From Lysobacterales bacterium (lineage in GTDB: Bacteria; Pseudomonadota; Gammaproteobacteria; Xanthomonadales; SZUA-5): DNA of 64,000 nucleotides. The notes beneath the pieces were generated by a model. The model was not told the DNA's origin and did not search any database. It saw only the letters and a program-made list of their open reading frames with translations. Made by a program: the position numbers and the translations under genes. The stretch is taken from assembly GCA_022844165.1 (NCBI GenBank), contig JALHMH010000024.1, forward strand, positions 11,157 to 75,156, given 5' to 3'. How positions within the stretch are numbered: the first letter of the stretch is position 1; every line of letters starts with the position of its first letter. Below, piece by piece: positions 37,883 to 47,824 of the stretch.

Positions 37883-38895
37883 GGAGGCGCCTCGCGGGTC
37901 CGATCGATGGCATCGACCAGTGGCTGCAACGAAGGTTGTTCGGCGAGCAATCGATTGCGCAAGGGTGCAGTCGCAGCGCGAAAACTGTCGCGGTCGACCG
38001 TCTCGATGATGTGTAGTCCAGCCGCTCGCATCGCGTCGAGGTTGCGCGCCTCTTCGTCTTTCCAGAGATGTCTTTGTGCGACCGCACTGGTCGCGGCTGC
38101 TTCGCGCACCCAGCGCTGCTGCTCAGTCGTCAACCGCTCCCAAGTGGGCGCGCCGATCGCGAGCACGTCGGGCAGTATCAGATGCTCGTTGAGCGTATAG
38201 CTGGTCGCCACTTCGAACTGGCGCGAGGTGTACAACGATGGCGGATTGTTTTCGGCGCCATCGACTGTGCCCGAATCGAGCGCGGTGTAAAGCTCGCCGA
38301 ACGGAATCGGTACGGGCTTGGCGCCGAGCGCTTCGACCATCGCCATCGCCGTGCGGCTCGGCATCACACGCAGGCTCAGGCCTTTGAGATCGTCGGCGCT
38401 ACGAATCTGGCGGCCACTCTTGGCGCTCAAATAGAAACTGCGCGCGCCAGCATCGTAGAAGGTCAGGCCGACGATGCGCTGCGGAGAGCTGGACACGAGT
38501 AACTCGCTGGCTGCCGGGGTTTGCGCAAATCGCCAGAAGTGCGCGATGTCGTCGAACAGGTATGGCAGGCCGAACGCAGCGTATGCCGGAGCAAACGACT
38601 CCAACTGCCCAGCCGAAACCTTGGTTAGCGCAATGCTGCCGAGCTGCATTTGCTCGACCAGTTCGCGCTCCGAGCCGAGCTTACCGTCGGCATAGATATC
38701 CACCTGCAGCGAGCCGCTCGACAGCCGCCGCACTTCATCGGCGAACACCTGCATGCCGCGGTGCACCGGATGTTCCGTGTTCAGCGCATGCGCCAGACGC
38801 AACGTCTTGACCTCGACGCCGCGCGATGCGTTCTCCCACAGTGCACCAGCAATGAGCGCGATCGGAGCGAGGAGCCAAATCGGTCGCATGGTCAC
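37879..38895 (-). CDS. dctP: TRAP transporter substrate-binding protein DctP
   Basis: LRLAH, G.RSFY, DLKGL.LRV, GELYTAL..G.VDGAENN. Confidence 0.93.
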   Translation of the reverse strand: MTMRPIWLLAPIALIAGALWENASRGVEVKTLRLAHALNTEHPVHRGMQVFADEVRRLSSGSLQVDIYADGKLGSERELVEQMQLGSIALTKVSAGQLESFAPAYAAFGLPYLFDDIAHFWRFAQTPAASELLVSSSPQRIVGLTFYDAGARSFYLSAKSGRQIRSADDLKGLSLRVMPSRTAMAMVEALGAKPVPIPFGELYTALDSGTVDGAENNPPSLYTSRQFEVATSYTLNEHLILPDVLAIGAPTWERLTTEQQRWVREAAATSAVAQRHLWKDEEARNLDAMRAAGLHIIETVDRDSFRAATAPLRNRLLAEQPSLQPLVDAIDRTREAPP

Positions 38896-38896
38896 T

Positions 38897-39027
38897 CCGT
38901 GGGTCGCGCTACAGCGCGACGCCTTTGTCTGTTCCCCACAGACTCGATAGAGCAGCTTGCTCTCACGGAACGCTCTGCAAGGCCGTTGGGAACAGACAAG
39001 AGCAACGCGCTATCGCGCGACCCACGG
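38897..39027. repeat. REPIN-like inverted pair of GTGG-type REPs
   Basis: CCGTGGGTCGCGCTACAGCGCGACGCCTTTGTCTGTTCCC ... GGGAACAGACAAGAGCAACGCGCTATCGCGCGACCCACGG. Confidence 0.85.
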
Positions 39028-40302
39028 TCAATCGCCATGGTCGATCTCCCCAACCTCGAACGCCACCGCTTGCCCGATCCGCCGCACCGCATCGACATCG
39101 TAAGCGATTCCAAATCCAGGTCCCGTCGGCACCGCGATTTCGCCATTGCGGATGGTCAGACGCGGCGCATAGTCGTAGGCCGGTTCCGCAAGCGCGGCTT
39201 TAGCCGAAAACTCGTGGAACGCGCCGGGTCGCTCCAGACAAGCGATAAAGTTCAGCATTGTCGCCGCGCCGGCATGTGCGCGAGGGGCATGCGGAATGCA
39301 ATCCATGCCTGCGGCGGCGGCGGCTTGCGCATAACGTAGCGAACGCAAAAAACCGCCGGCGTAGAACAAGTCCGGTTGCACCACGTCGACCATGCGATTG
39401 GCGATCATCCAGCGCCACTTGGCGGCACTCGAATCCTGCTCGCCACCCGCGACGGTGACAGCGAGCGCCTGAGTCACTTGCCGCGTCATTTCGAACTCTT
39501 CGAACGGACAAGGCTCCTCGAAGAACCACACGCCATAGCGCTCCAGCATGCGGCCGACTTCGATCGCCGTTGCTGCATCGTACGAGCCGTTGGCGTCGAC
39601 CGCGATGTCGCATTTATCGCCCAGAACCTTTCGTGCCCGCGACACCAGCGCCTCCGAGCGACCCTCCCACGCATCGACGTTGCGGCTCATGCGGCCGCCG
39701 ACGCCGAGCTTGACCGCGCGCGCGCCGGTCGCCTCGATACGGGGCAGCATGAACTGATCGATTTCTTGTTCCGGCGTCGTATGCCGGTCGCGGTTGCTCA
39801 GATACACGGCCACTGACGAACGATTGCTGCTGCCCACGAGCTCGAACACCGGTCTCTTGCTCGCCTGACCGATCGCTTCCAAAGCCAGCATTTCCACGTG
39901 CCCGATGTGGTTCCAAAACGGCAGTCCGACGATCTTGTAATTCGCCCGAGCGCAGGTTTCGATGTGGTGCTCAATCAGGCGCAGATCCTGACCCAGGAAA
40001 TACGGCAGTACGCGACTGCTGAACAGCTGCAGGTCATCGCCGAAGCGCTTGTTCGACGGCAAATACGCCGTCAATCCGCCGCGCACATGGCCAACGATCA
40101 TATGTTCGTTCTTATTGATCCAGAGCAGCTCGATCCGCTCCAGGATCAGCGGCGCGGTAGCGATGCGGGTAAAATCGTAGCGCGCGATTGGCGCATCGGA
40201 GAAAGTCAACGGCGCCTCGGTGTCGGCGCGGGGCGTGCGAGCAGCGCAGCCTGCAAGCAGGCCCGCAGCGCCGCTCGTCAGTAGAGATCGACGCGTCAGC
40301 AC
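39028..40302 (-). CDS. mandelate racemase/muconate lactonizing enzyme family protein with Tat signal and lipobox
   Basis: MLTRRSLL...LLAGC, VDANG, FEEPC, AGGEQ, VVQPD. Confidence 0.88.
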   Translation of the reverse strand: MLTRRSLLTSGAAGLLAGCAARTPRADTEAPLTFSDAPIARYDFTRIATAPLILERIELLWINKNEHMIVGHVRGGLTAYLPSNKRFGDDLQLFSSRVLPYFLGQDLRLIEHHIETCARANYKIVGLPFWNHIGHVEMLALEAIGQASKRPVFELVGSSNRSSVAVYLSNRDRHTTPEQEIDQFMLPRIEATGARAVKLGVGGRMSRNVDAWEGRSEALVSRARKVLGDKCDIAVDANGSYDAATAIEVGRMLERYGVWFFEEPCPFEEFEMTRQVTQALAVTVAGGEQDSSAAKWRWMIANRMVDVVQPDLFYAGGFLRSLRYAQAAAAAGMDCIPHAPRAHAGAATMLNFIACLERPGAFHEFSAKAALAEPAYDYAPRLTIRNGEIAVPTGPGFGIAYDVDAVRRIGQAVAFEVGEIDHGD

Positions 40303-40314
40303 AAGCCGCTCCCT

Positions 40315-40469
40315 GTGGGTCGCGCTATAGCGCGACGCCGCTGTCTTTTCCGCTCCGACTCAAACGGATTCGCAAAGTGCCGGGAGTCAACCCAGCATCG
40401 AACGGGTAGGGTCGAGTCTGCCGAGGCCGCAGAGAACAGAACACAGCGTCGAGCTATTGCGCAACCCAC
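40315..40469. repeat. REPIN-like inverted pair of GTGG-type REPs
   Basis: GTGGGTCGCGCTATAGCGCGACGCCGCTGTC ... ACAGCGTCGAGCTATTGCGCAACCCAC. Confidence 0.82.
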
Positions 40470-40474
40470 GGGGA

Positions 40475-42241
40475 TCATGGGCGGCCTCCGTTGGTCTCGG
40501 CGGCGCCGCTCAGTTCGGTAGCGCCAATGCGCTGGGTTCGATTTGCCTTGAACCCGAGAAGCGCCGGCCAGCCAGCACTCAGCTCAACATCATCCATACG
40601 CAAATGCGCGACGTTGCTCCCGTCGATGACCGGGTGTTTGCGATTGCCCGTGTCCACACGCAATCCAGCGATGGTCAGTCGCTGGACACGCTCAGCATGA
40701 ATCGCCGAACGGCTGCCGAGCGCGCTGGCTTGGCCAAGCACCGCGATATCGCGCAGCACGAGCCGGTTCACCAGCCCAGCCGTGACGTGTGCGTTTCGCG
40801 TCGCAAAATCGGCGCCCGGCGTTTGCCCGGCCAGCATCATGTTGCCGCGCGGTTTACCGCCCAGCGAAGCCAGATCGACGGGCCCGCGCACCACAAAGCG
40901 CACACCCTCCAGTGTCACGTCCTCGATGGGCCGATCGGGATGACCGCCGATCAATACGTTGCCGCGGCTCTCGATGCGTGTGTTCGCGATGCGAATGTGG
41001 CGAATATGGCCAAGTTGGCTGTCCGGAAAACGTCGGTCCAGATCGATGTAAATCGGATAGTCGGTCTTATGCCGCGACGCGGTCACAATGTTGAGCCCAT
41101 CGACGTCCAGGAACTCGAACGTGCCGCCATCTTTCATGAACAGCGCAATGCCTATGCGCGAGTTGACGATCTGCGTATCGATCAGGCGCACGTGACGAAT
41201 CGGGTGCGTGGAACCTGTGCCGAACTTGAAGGCCGAGTCGTCGCTTTCCAGGTACGAGTCGCTGATCGTCACGTGAGCGATTTCAGCGTTGCTGCTCTTA
41301 AGCACAATCGCATCGTCGCCGGTACGAATCGACACGCCGTGAATACGCACGTCGGTTCCGCCCTCGATCTGGATGCCGTCCGAATTCGGCGACAGCGGAT
41401 GGGCGCGGATGCGCACGCCACTTACGGACACGTCATGGCTGGTTTCGAAACTCAGGAAGTAGCTCGGCGAGTCGATCATCGTAATGTTGTTTACCGCCAC
41501 ATGGCGCGCATCGCGAAACCAGATCCAAGGCCGCGGCCGCGGCAGCGTTGGGCGACCCATGCCGGAGGTCAGAAAGCCTTTGTCCCAGAATGCCTCGCCG
41601 TTGCCATCGATGGTGCCCAGGCCAGTGATTGAGACGTTGCTCACGTCATTGGCATAGATCAACGCGCGCTGTCCTTCGGCTTCGACGATCGCCAGGCGCT
41701 CGGGGTCGGTCAGTCCGGATTTGGCGATCGACTTATTGTGGTCGTCCAGGCGCTTGTCGACGAACGGATAGTCGTCAAGCAAGCCGCTGCCGCGCAGCAC
41801 AGCACCGCGTTCGAGATGCAGATCGATATTGCTCTTGAGCAGCAGCGTGCCGGTGACGAAGGTGCCCGCCGGCACCAGCACCCGGCCACCGCCAGCATCG
41901 GCGCAGGCGTCGATCGCCGCCTGGATCGACTGCGTGACGACGCTGCCATCGGGTTTAGCGCCGTGCTCGGTGATCGGGCACAGGGCGTGGGCAGGGGAGG
42001 CCGCGAACAGGACGCTAAGCAGGGCCAACACGAAGGTGGGGCGCGTGGGAAGAGCGGGACACGGTGCACGGTGCACGGGGCACGGGAGGGGCTGGGGGCA
42101 AGCGGGACCTACGCTTGACGATGGCTCACAAAACCCCAGGCTGAGCGAGGCCGACGAGACCTGCCGACCGCTCCCGTGCCCCGTGCCCCGTGCCCCATGC
42201 CCCGCTTTTTCCCTGAGTCTTTGCGCGCCAGACATCGCCAT
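40475..42241 (-). CDS. glycoside hydrolase family 28-like beta-helix protein, secreted
   Basis: GAKPDG...T.SIQAAIDAC...GGG.V.VPAG.F, GTIDGNG, PNSDG, GDDAI..KS; nearest in-frame ATG (42241) lies inside the tandem repeat unit. Confidence 0.85.
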   Translation of the reverse strand: MAMSGAQRLREKAGHGARGTGHGSGRQVSSASLSLGFCEPSSSVGPACPQPLPCPVHRAPCPALPTRPTFVLALLSVLFAASPAHALCPITEHGAKPDGSVVTQSIQAAIDACADAGGGRVLVPAGTFVTGTLLLKSNIDLHLERGAVLRGSGLLDDYPFVDKRLDDHNKSIAKSGLTDPERLAIVEAEGQRALIYANDVSNVSITGLGTIDGNGEAFWDKGFLTSGMGRPTLPRPRPWIWFRDARHVAVNNITMIDSPSYFLSFETSHDVSVSGVRIRAHPLSPNSDGIQIEGGTDVRIHGVSIRTGDDAIVLKSSNAEIAHVTISDSYLESDDSAFKFGTGSTHPIRHVRLIDTQIVNSRIGIALFMKDGGTFEFLDVDGLNIVTASRHKTDYPIYIDLDRRFPDSQLGHIRHIRIANTRIESRGNVLIGGHPDRPIEDVTLEGVRFVVRGPVDLASLGGKPRGNMMLAGQTPGADFATRNAHVTAGLVNRLVLRDIAVLGQASALGSRSAIHAERVQRLTIAGLRVDTGNRKHPVIDGSNVAHLRMDDVELSAGWPALLGFKANRTQRIGATELSGAAETNGGRP

Positions 42242-43021
42242 CACCCTCTCCCCATCCAAGCCACGAGCAAACCCAAACCCAGCACTACGCACACCAGCGC
42301 CCAGGCGGTGCACGGTGCACGGGAGGGGCTGGGGGCAAGCGGGACCTACGCTTGACGATGGCTCACAAAACCCCAGGCTGAGCGAGGCCGACGAGACCTG
42401 CCGACCGCTCTCGTGCCCCGTGCCCCGTGCCCCATGCCCCGCTTTTTCCCTGAGTCTTTGCGCGCCAGACATCGCCATCACCCTCTCCCCATCCAAGCCA
42501 CGAGCAAACCCAAACCCAGCACTACGCACACCAGCGCCCAGGCGGTGCACGGTGCACGGGAGGGGCTGGGGGCAAGCGGGACCTACGCTTGACGATGGCT
42601 CACAAAACCCCAGGCTGAGCGAGGCCGACGAGACCTGCCGACCGCTCTCGTGCCCCGTGCCCCGTGCCCCATGCCCCGCTTTTTCCCTGAGTCTTTGCGC
42701 GCCAGACATCGCCATCACCCTCTCCCCATCCAAGCCACGAGTAAACCCAAACCCAGCACTACGCACACCAGCGCCCAGGCAGGGCACGGGGCACGGGGCA
42801 CAGGAGAGGCTGGGGGCAAGCGGGACCTACGCTTGACGATGGCTCACAAAACCCCAGGCTGAGCGAGGCCGACGAGACCTGCCGACCGCTCCCGTGCCCC
42901 GTGCCCCGTGCCCCATGCCCCGCTTTTTCCCTGAGGCTTTGCGCGCCAGACATCGCCATCACCCTCTCCCCATCCAAGCCACGAGCAAACCCAAACCCAG
43001 CACTACGCACACCAGCGCCCA
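42062..43021. repeat. tandem array of four ~237-bp units
   Basis: GCTGGGGGCAAGCGGGACC recurs at 42091, 42328, 42565 and 42809 (periods 237, 237, 244); few SNPs between copies. Confidence 0.95.
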
Positions 43022-44644
43022 AGCCACCAGAAAACCGAGCAGATCGACGCGATAGCGCGCGAACGAGAAGCGCTCGCCGAGGCTGTTGGCGGCCACTGCA
43101 ATCAAGCCTTGATCGACGCCGCGGCTGATGCTGCCGCTCAGGTCCTGAGCATCCTTGTCTCCGCCTTCGACCACGTCGACGCCTTGTTCGCGTAAGCGAT
43201 CCTCGCGGCCGACCGGTGTCGCCAGCAGCGCGTAGAACTGGCGGATGTTGTCGCCCGGTTCTGGTGGCGTCAGCACACTGACGATGATCAGCGTCGCGAA
43301 GCCCACTGGCAGATACAACAGGATCTGTTCCGGCAGGCTCCAGCCCAGGCCCCATTTGCCGGTCGCGAAAATCAGGGCGATGGTGACGATCAGGCTCGCC
43401 GCCATGCCGTAGCGATTCGCCCGTCTCCATAGGATCGCGCCCCAGAACGCGATGCCGAATGCGGCGGCACTGGTCCATAACAGCTTCAGGCCCGAGATCA
43501 GGCTTGGCAGCGTCAGCGCCAATGCCACGCCCAACGCGACAACGATTAAGCTGGACAGGCGGCCGACGAACATCTGCTCAGCATCGCGCGCATTCGGCTT
43601 GACATACTTCATGTGCAGATTGCGCGTGTACAACGCACCGGCGCCGACCATGAACGCATCGCAGGTGCTGATCACAGCAGCTGCCATACAGGCGATCATG
43701 ACGCCGATCAGCCCGGCCGGCAGTAAGTTCGTGACCAGTGTCCCGAAGGCCTGCTCGCGGTTTTCCAGGCCGGGATAGAGCAAGGCGGCGAGGATGCCGG
43801 TGATCGCCCATGCGAGCGTCAGGAATCGTTTGATGAAGTTGCCATAGGTCCAGCCCATGCGACTCGACATCTCGTTCTTGGCCGCGCCGCACACCGCCAT
43901 GTGATGCGGCTCGACGACAACACCGACGAGCGCGTTGAGGATGACCATGACGATGAAAAACAACGTCACTTCTTCCGGGGCAATGAGACTCCACATCTGA
44001 TCGGGAACACCATTCTGGACCGCAGCCCAGCCACCTGCCGCATCGATCGCAAATGGCAGCAACAAGATCGACAGACCGATGATCAACACGCCCTGCAGCA
44101 AGTCGTTAGTGATCGCGGCAGTCAATCCACCGGCGTACGAGTACAAGACGAATACGGCAGTCAATGCGAACACGGTTGCCGTAAACGGCATCGCTCCTCC
44201 GCTGATCGCATCGATGGTCAGCGCTGTGCCTTTGAGCATCATTGCGATGGACACGATGAAATTGAAGAGCCCAAGTCCTGTGTAGGCCGCGCCCATCGCA
44301 CTGCCGTAACGGCGCTCGAAAAAATCGCCCATCGTCACGTAGCGCAAGCGCCGATAAATCGGCGCCAGCAGCCAGTAAAATGGCGTGGCGAACAAGTACA
44401 GCCACTGGTACCAGATGCCTGCCAGTCCCAGCTGATACGTGGCGCCGGCCACCGTCACCGGTTGCTCGGTCGACGTCCCGGTGCCGAGTGCATGGGCGAC
44501 CATGTACGCCTTGCCGAAACGCCGACCGCCCATGAAGTAGTCGCCAGCGTCTTTCACCGCACGCGCTGCGCGCAGGCCGAGGAACGTGGTCAGCGCAAAG
44601 TAGGCGACGATCGCCAGCCAGTCGAGGAGGTGGAGGCCTAACAT
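42959..44644 (-). CDS. sodium:solute symporter (SSS) family protein
   Basis: DYFMGGR.FG, T..DF...RYG, Y...GGL.A...D..QG, LP.GL.G; start MLGLHLLD. Confidence 0.92.
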   Translation of the reverse strand: MLGLHLLDWLAIVAYFALTTFLGLRAARAVKDAGDYFMGGRRFGKAYMVAHALGTGTSTEQPVTVAGATYQLGLAGIWYQWLYLFATPFYWLLAPIYRRLRYVTMGDFFERRYGSAMGAAYTGLGLFNFIVSIAMMLKGTALTIDAISGGAMPFTATVFALTAVFVLYSYAGGLTAAITNDLLQGVLIIGLSILLLPFAIDAAGGWAAVQNGVPDQMWSLIAPEEVTLFFIVMVILNALVGVVVEPHHMAVCGAAKNEMSSRMGWTYGNFIKRFLTLAWAITGILAALLYPGLENREQAFGTLVTNLLPAGLIGVMIACMAAAVISTCDAFMVGAGALYTRNLHMKYVKPNARDAEQMFVGRLSSLIVVALGVALALTLPSLISGLKLLWTSAAAFGIAFWGAILWRRANRYGMAASLIVTIALIFATGKWGLGWSLPEQILLYLPVGFATLIIVSVLTPPEPGDNIRQFYALLATPVGREDRLREQGVDVVEGGDKDAQDLSGSISRGVDQGLIAVAANSLGERFSFARYRVDLLGFLVAWALVCVVLGLGLLVAWMGRG

Positions 44645-44705
44645 GGGCGGAGCGGACCGGTAAGGCTTGAGGCGCAGAAGAAGACCCGGCGCGGGGTAGG
44701 GCGCA

Positions 44706-44855
44706 AATGCGGGGCACGGGGCACGGGGCACGGGGCACCGGGTGCTGGGAAGAGAACACTCACTTGCTGGAATCGGCAGATGATCCGGTATGCAATGCGC
44801 GTCGCTCGTGCGCTCAGCTCCCGTGCCCCGTGCCCCGTGCCCCGCGCCCCGCATT
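44706..44855. repeat. GGGCACG-heptamer palindromic element
   Basis: AATGC(GGGGCAC)4 ... CCGTGCCCCGTGCCCCGTGCCCCGCGCCCCGCATT inverted arms. Confidence 0.88.
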
Positions 44856-44885
44856 GGGCACCCGCCCCTCGCCCTCCAGCGCCAG

Positions 44886-46631
44886 TCATCGCCACATCCC
44901 CCGCACCCGCCACGCCGCCATCTTCGGATCTCGGCTGCGGGTGAAAACTCCTTTGTGATTGACCACCACGCGACGAAAGTTCTGCGCGGTCTTGAAGTCG
45001 ATCAGATTCCAAATGTGGCCGCCGATGCACTGCTGGTGGCCTTCGATCAGTGCCCAATAGCGAGCAATCAATTCGGCCTGGTACTCCTCGGAAAACAACT
45101 GGTCCGAGCTGCTGTGCATGCCAGCCACGGCGTCGGCGCCGAACTCGGAGACGAAAATCGGTTTGTCCGGGAAGGCAGCGGCGAGCGCGTCGAATTCATC
45201 GCGCAACTTGGCAATTGCGATGTCGAGTTGGGCCGGGTGTTCGTACCAGCCCAGATACCGATTGAGCGACAAAAAATCGCAGTGCGCGTAAAGCGGATCG
45301 AGCAAGCCATGCCGGCTGCCAACATTGGCAGCGGTAAACGGTCGCGTGGCGTCGAGCACGCGCGCAGCGGCGAAGAGCTCTGCGAAATAGCCTGGCGCAG
45401 CCTGCTTGTATTCTGCTTCGGCCAGAAAGCCAGGCTCATTGGTCAAGCTCCACGCGATCACGCACGGGTGCCAGTGGTCGCGCTCGATCAGTCGTTCGAT
45501 GTGCGCGATGTGCTGCTCGAGCGTGGCGTCGGTGGTACGGCGAAAATCGAGATTGACACTGGCGCATTCGCTGACCACCAGCAGTCCCAGCGCGTCGGCG
45601 AGGTCGAGTGTTTCTTCGGCGTAGGGGTAGTGCGCCGTGCGAAAGCTATTGCCGCCGCACCAGCGGAGGAGTTCCAGATCTTTGACCGTCACGGCGAGCG
45701 CCTGACCCTTGCCGAGCACCGGGAAGTCTTCGTGCAGGCCGAAACCCTTCAGACGCATCGCTTCGCCGTTGAGCAACAGTCGCCCGTGCTGGATGCGGAC
45801 ATCGCGAAAGCCAATTTCGCGATCGATTTGGTCAAGCGTCTGGGCGTCGCGTTTTAGTTCCAGTCGCAAGCGATAACGCTTGGGCGAGGCAGGCGACCAC
45901 GGCTCGACTTCGAGCGCGGAGAAATCGAAGTTGCCATCCTCCGCAACCGCGCGCACCAGCGCCGTTTCGCCATCGAGCAGCGACAACACGATTCGCCCGT
46001 CGCCTGCGGACGGCGCGCGGACGCGCAGCGTGCCGCCGTCCTTGAATCCGGCCTCGATGTGCGGCGATTCCAGTCGCGATTTTGGCAGAAAGCACAGGTG
46101 CGGCGTACGATGCAGTCCAGAGTATGGGAAAAAGTCGTAGCGGACCGGCGGAAAAATTTCGTCTTTGCCGCGGCCCTCACGCGTGAAGTCAGCGCTCTCG
46201 ATGCCCGGCAGCGGATGGTTCGATGGCAGTCTCGAGTCCAGGCGCACGGTAATCGTGTGCGTCGTTCCCGGTCGCAGTTCTCCGAGATCGAAACTGAACG
46301 GCAGAAACGGTGCCTCGTTGCTACCTAGAAGATGGCCATTCCACCAAATCCGCGCGCTCAAATCCGCGCTGGCAAACCACAGACGCGCGAGCTGCCCGGC
46401 GGCGCCACGTGGCACGACGATTTCACGACGCAGCCAGAACGGCCCCAGGCAATCACGCCAACCGCGTTCGGCCCACTGTTCGTTAATGCTACCGGGGACC
46501 GCAATCTGACCTTCGGCGATGAAGTTCGCGGCAAAGCCGCGCATCTCGCCATCGTCGTTGGCATCGCTGGCGGCCGCCCAGAAGCCGTCCAGCGGCAGCG
46601 CGTCGCGGTAGGCGTTGCGCTCAGGGCGCAC
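44886..46631 (-). CDS. GH2 beta-glucuronidase-like enzyme (no signal peptide)
   Basis: RPERNAYR...LDGFW, DFFPYSGLHR, GFGLHED, NSFRTAHYPY, WSLTNEP, SEFGAD, NHKGVFTR.R.PK; GTG start at 46631 after GGGAG. Confidence 0.92.
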   Translation of the reverse strand: MRPERNAYRDALPLDGFWAAASDANDDGEMRGFAANFIAEGQIAVPGSINEQWAERGWRDCLGPFWLRREIVVPRGAAGQLARLWFASADLSARIWWNGHLLGSNEAPFLPFSFDLGELRPGTTHTITVRLDSRLPSNHPLPGIESADFTREGRGKDEIFPPVRYDFFPYSGLHRTPHLCFLPKSRLESPHIEAGFKDGGTLRVRAPSAGDGRIVLSLLDGETALVRAVAEDGNFDFSALEVEPWSPASPKRYRLRLELKRDAQTLDQIDREIGFRDVRIQHGRLLLNGEAMRLKGFGLHEDFPVLGKGQALAVTVKDLELLRWCGGNSFRTAHYPYAEETLDLADALGLLVVSECASVNLDFRRTTDATLEQHIAHIERLIERDHWHPCVIAWSLTNEPGFLAEAEYKQAAPGYFAELFAAARVLDATRPFTAANVGSRHGLLDPLYAHCDFLSLNRYLGWYEHPAQLDIAIAKLRDEFDALAAAFPDKPIFVSEFGADAVAGMHSSSDQLFSEEYQAELIARYWALIEGHQQCIGGHIWNLIDFKTAQNFRRVVVNHKGVFTRSRDPKMAAWRVRGMWR

Positions 46632-47583
46632 GTCCAGCTCCCGTTTGCGTACTGAAACGATGCGCCAGCGCGCCGATGAAGGACGCCATCCGCGCGCGTT
46701 CGATAATCGCACCAGGATTTTGCACCACCACCGCCGCAAGCTCAGCCCCGAACCGGGCTGCATCGACCGGCCCATCGCCAAGCATCCGTTTGGCCAGATA
46801 ACCGGCATTAAAGGCATCTCCGGCAGCGGTGGAGTCGACCACGCGCGTTACTGCGTTGGCAGGCAACCATGTCGTCTGATTGCCGATGCTGACGTGCACG
46901 CCGCGAGACCCTTGTTTGAGTACGATCTCTTCTTTTCCCTGTGCCCGATAAAAGGCGATCGCCTCTTCAGGAGTGGACAGCCCGTGCAACGCCTGCTCAT
47001 CGTCCAGCCCGGGAAGTACGATGTGTGCGAGCGCGACGAATGGCGCCATCGCTTCGGCAGCTATGCGGGCGGACGGCCAACCGCGCGCACGGTAATTGCT
47101 GTCGAAAGCGATCCGACAACCGGCCGCGCGGGCAAGGTGCAGCGCCGCCAGAAATCTCTGTTGTTCGGGCGCATTCAATACCATCAAGGTGATGCCGGAG
47201 AAGTACAACCAACGGTAGCTCGCGAGCGACGCCGCAAGCGCCTCGCCGCCTGGAAGCGAAAACAGGCGTTTGACCGGCGCAGCGGATCGCCAGTAGAGAA
47301 AGCTGCGCTCGCCCTGATCGTTGACGCGAATCGTATAAAGGCCTGGCACTTCGCCCGGCGCTCGCAGCACATGTGCCGTGTCGATGCCTTCAGTTTCCCA
47401 ACTGCGCAGCATGAAATGGCTGTAAGCATCGTCGCCCAACGCGGTCAGGTACGCCACCGGCGCACCGAGGCGCGCCAGATACACGGCCGTATTCAGCGTG
47501 TCGCCGCCGTAAGAGAAGCGCGCGTTGCCGTCGCCGGCATCGAACACTTCCAGCATCCCTTCGCCGAGTGCGGCGAGCGTCAT
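46621..47583 (-). CDS. kdgK: 2-dehydro-3-deoxygluconokinase (PfkB family)
   Basis: GE.MLE, GGDTLNTAVYLARLG, GERSF.YWR, FDSNYR, VDSTAAGDAFNAG. Confidence 0.92.
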   Translation of the reverse strand: MTLAALGEGMLEVFDAGDGNARFSYGGDTLNTAVYLARLGAPVAYLTALGDDAYSHFMLRSWETEGIDTAHVLRAPGEVPGLYTIRVNDQGERSFLYWRSAAPVKRLFSLPGGEALAASLASYRWLYFSGITLMVLNAPEQQRFLAALHLARAAGCRIAFDSNYRARGWPSARIAAEAMAPFVALAHIVLPGLDDEQALHGLSTPEEAIAFYRAQGKEEIVLKQGSRGVHVSIGNQTTWLPANAVTRVVDSTAAGDAFNAGYLAKRMLGDGPVDAARFGAELAAVVVQNPGAIIERARMASFIGALAHRFSTQTGAGRAP

Positions 47584-47656
47584 GAAAACTCTCCCGTGAA
47601 TGGTCCGCACCGGTCACCGCCCGTCGGCCAGGCCAGACAACACACTTGCCTCAGAA

Positions 47657-47796
47657 GCGGGGCACGGGGCACGGGGCGCGGGGGGCGCAAGGGCTGCCTG
47701 GTCCCGGAGAACCTGGACTGCAACCTGCGATCCCCGGGGCTCATGTATCGCGCATCGCCCTCGTGGGCTGTGCCTCGTGGCCCGTGCCCAGCTCCC
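47657..47796. repeat. GGGCACG-heptamer palindromic element (degenerate right arm)
   Basis: AGCGGGGCACGGGGCACGGGGCGC ... TGCCTCGTGGCCCGTGCCCAGCT. Confidence 0.7.
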
Positions 47797-47824
47797 TCGC
47801 GTACTCCGTTCGATTCCATACGCC

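Noticed and set aside
36051-38087. DctQ-DctM fusion suggested by the 678-aa ORF
   Set aside because: The upstream part overlaps dctQ and dctP in other frames; the true dctM start is the ATGA at 37373
41829-42836. 335-aa plus-strand repeat protein and the 182-aa N-terminal extension of GH28
   Set aside because: By-products of the in-frame 237-bp tandem repeat; no independent evidence of a protein domain
42062-43021. CRISPR array
   Set aside because: Units are ~237 bp and near-identical throughout, with no unique spacers and no cas genes
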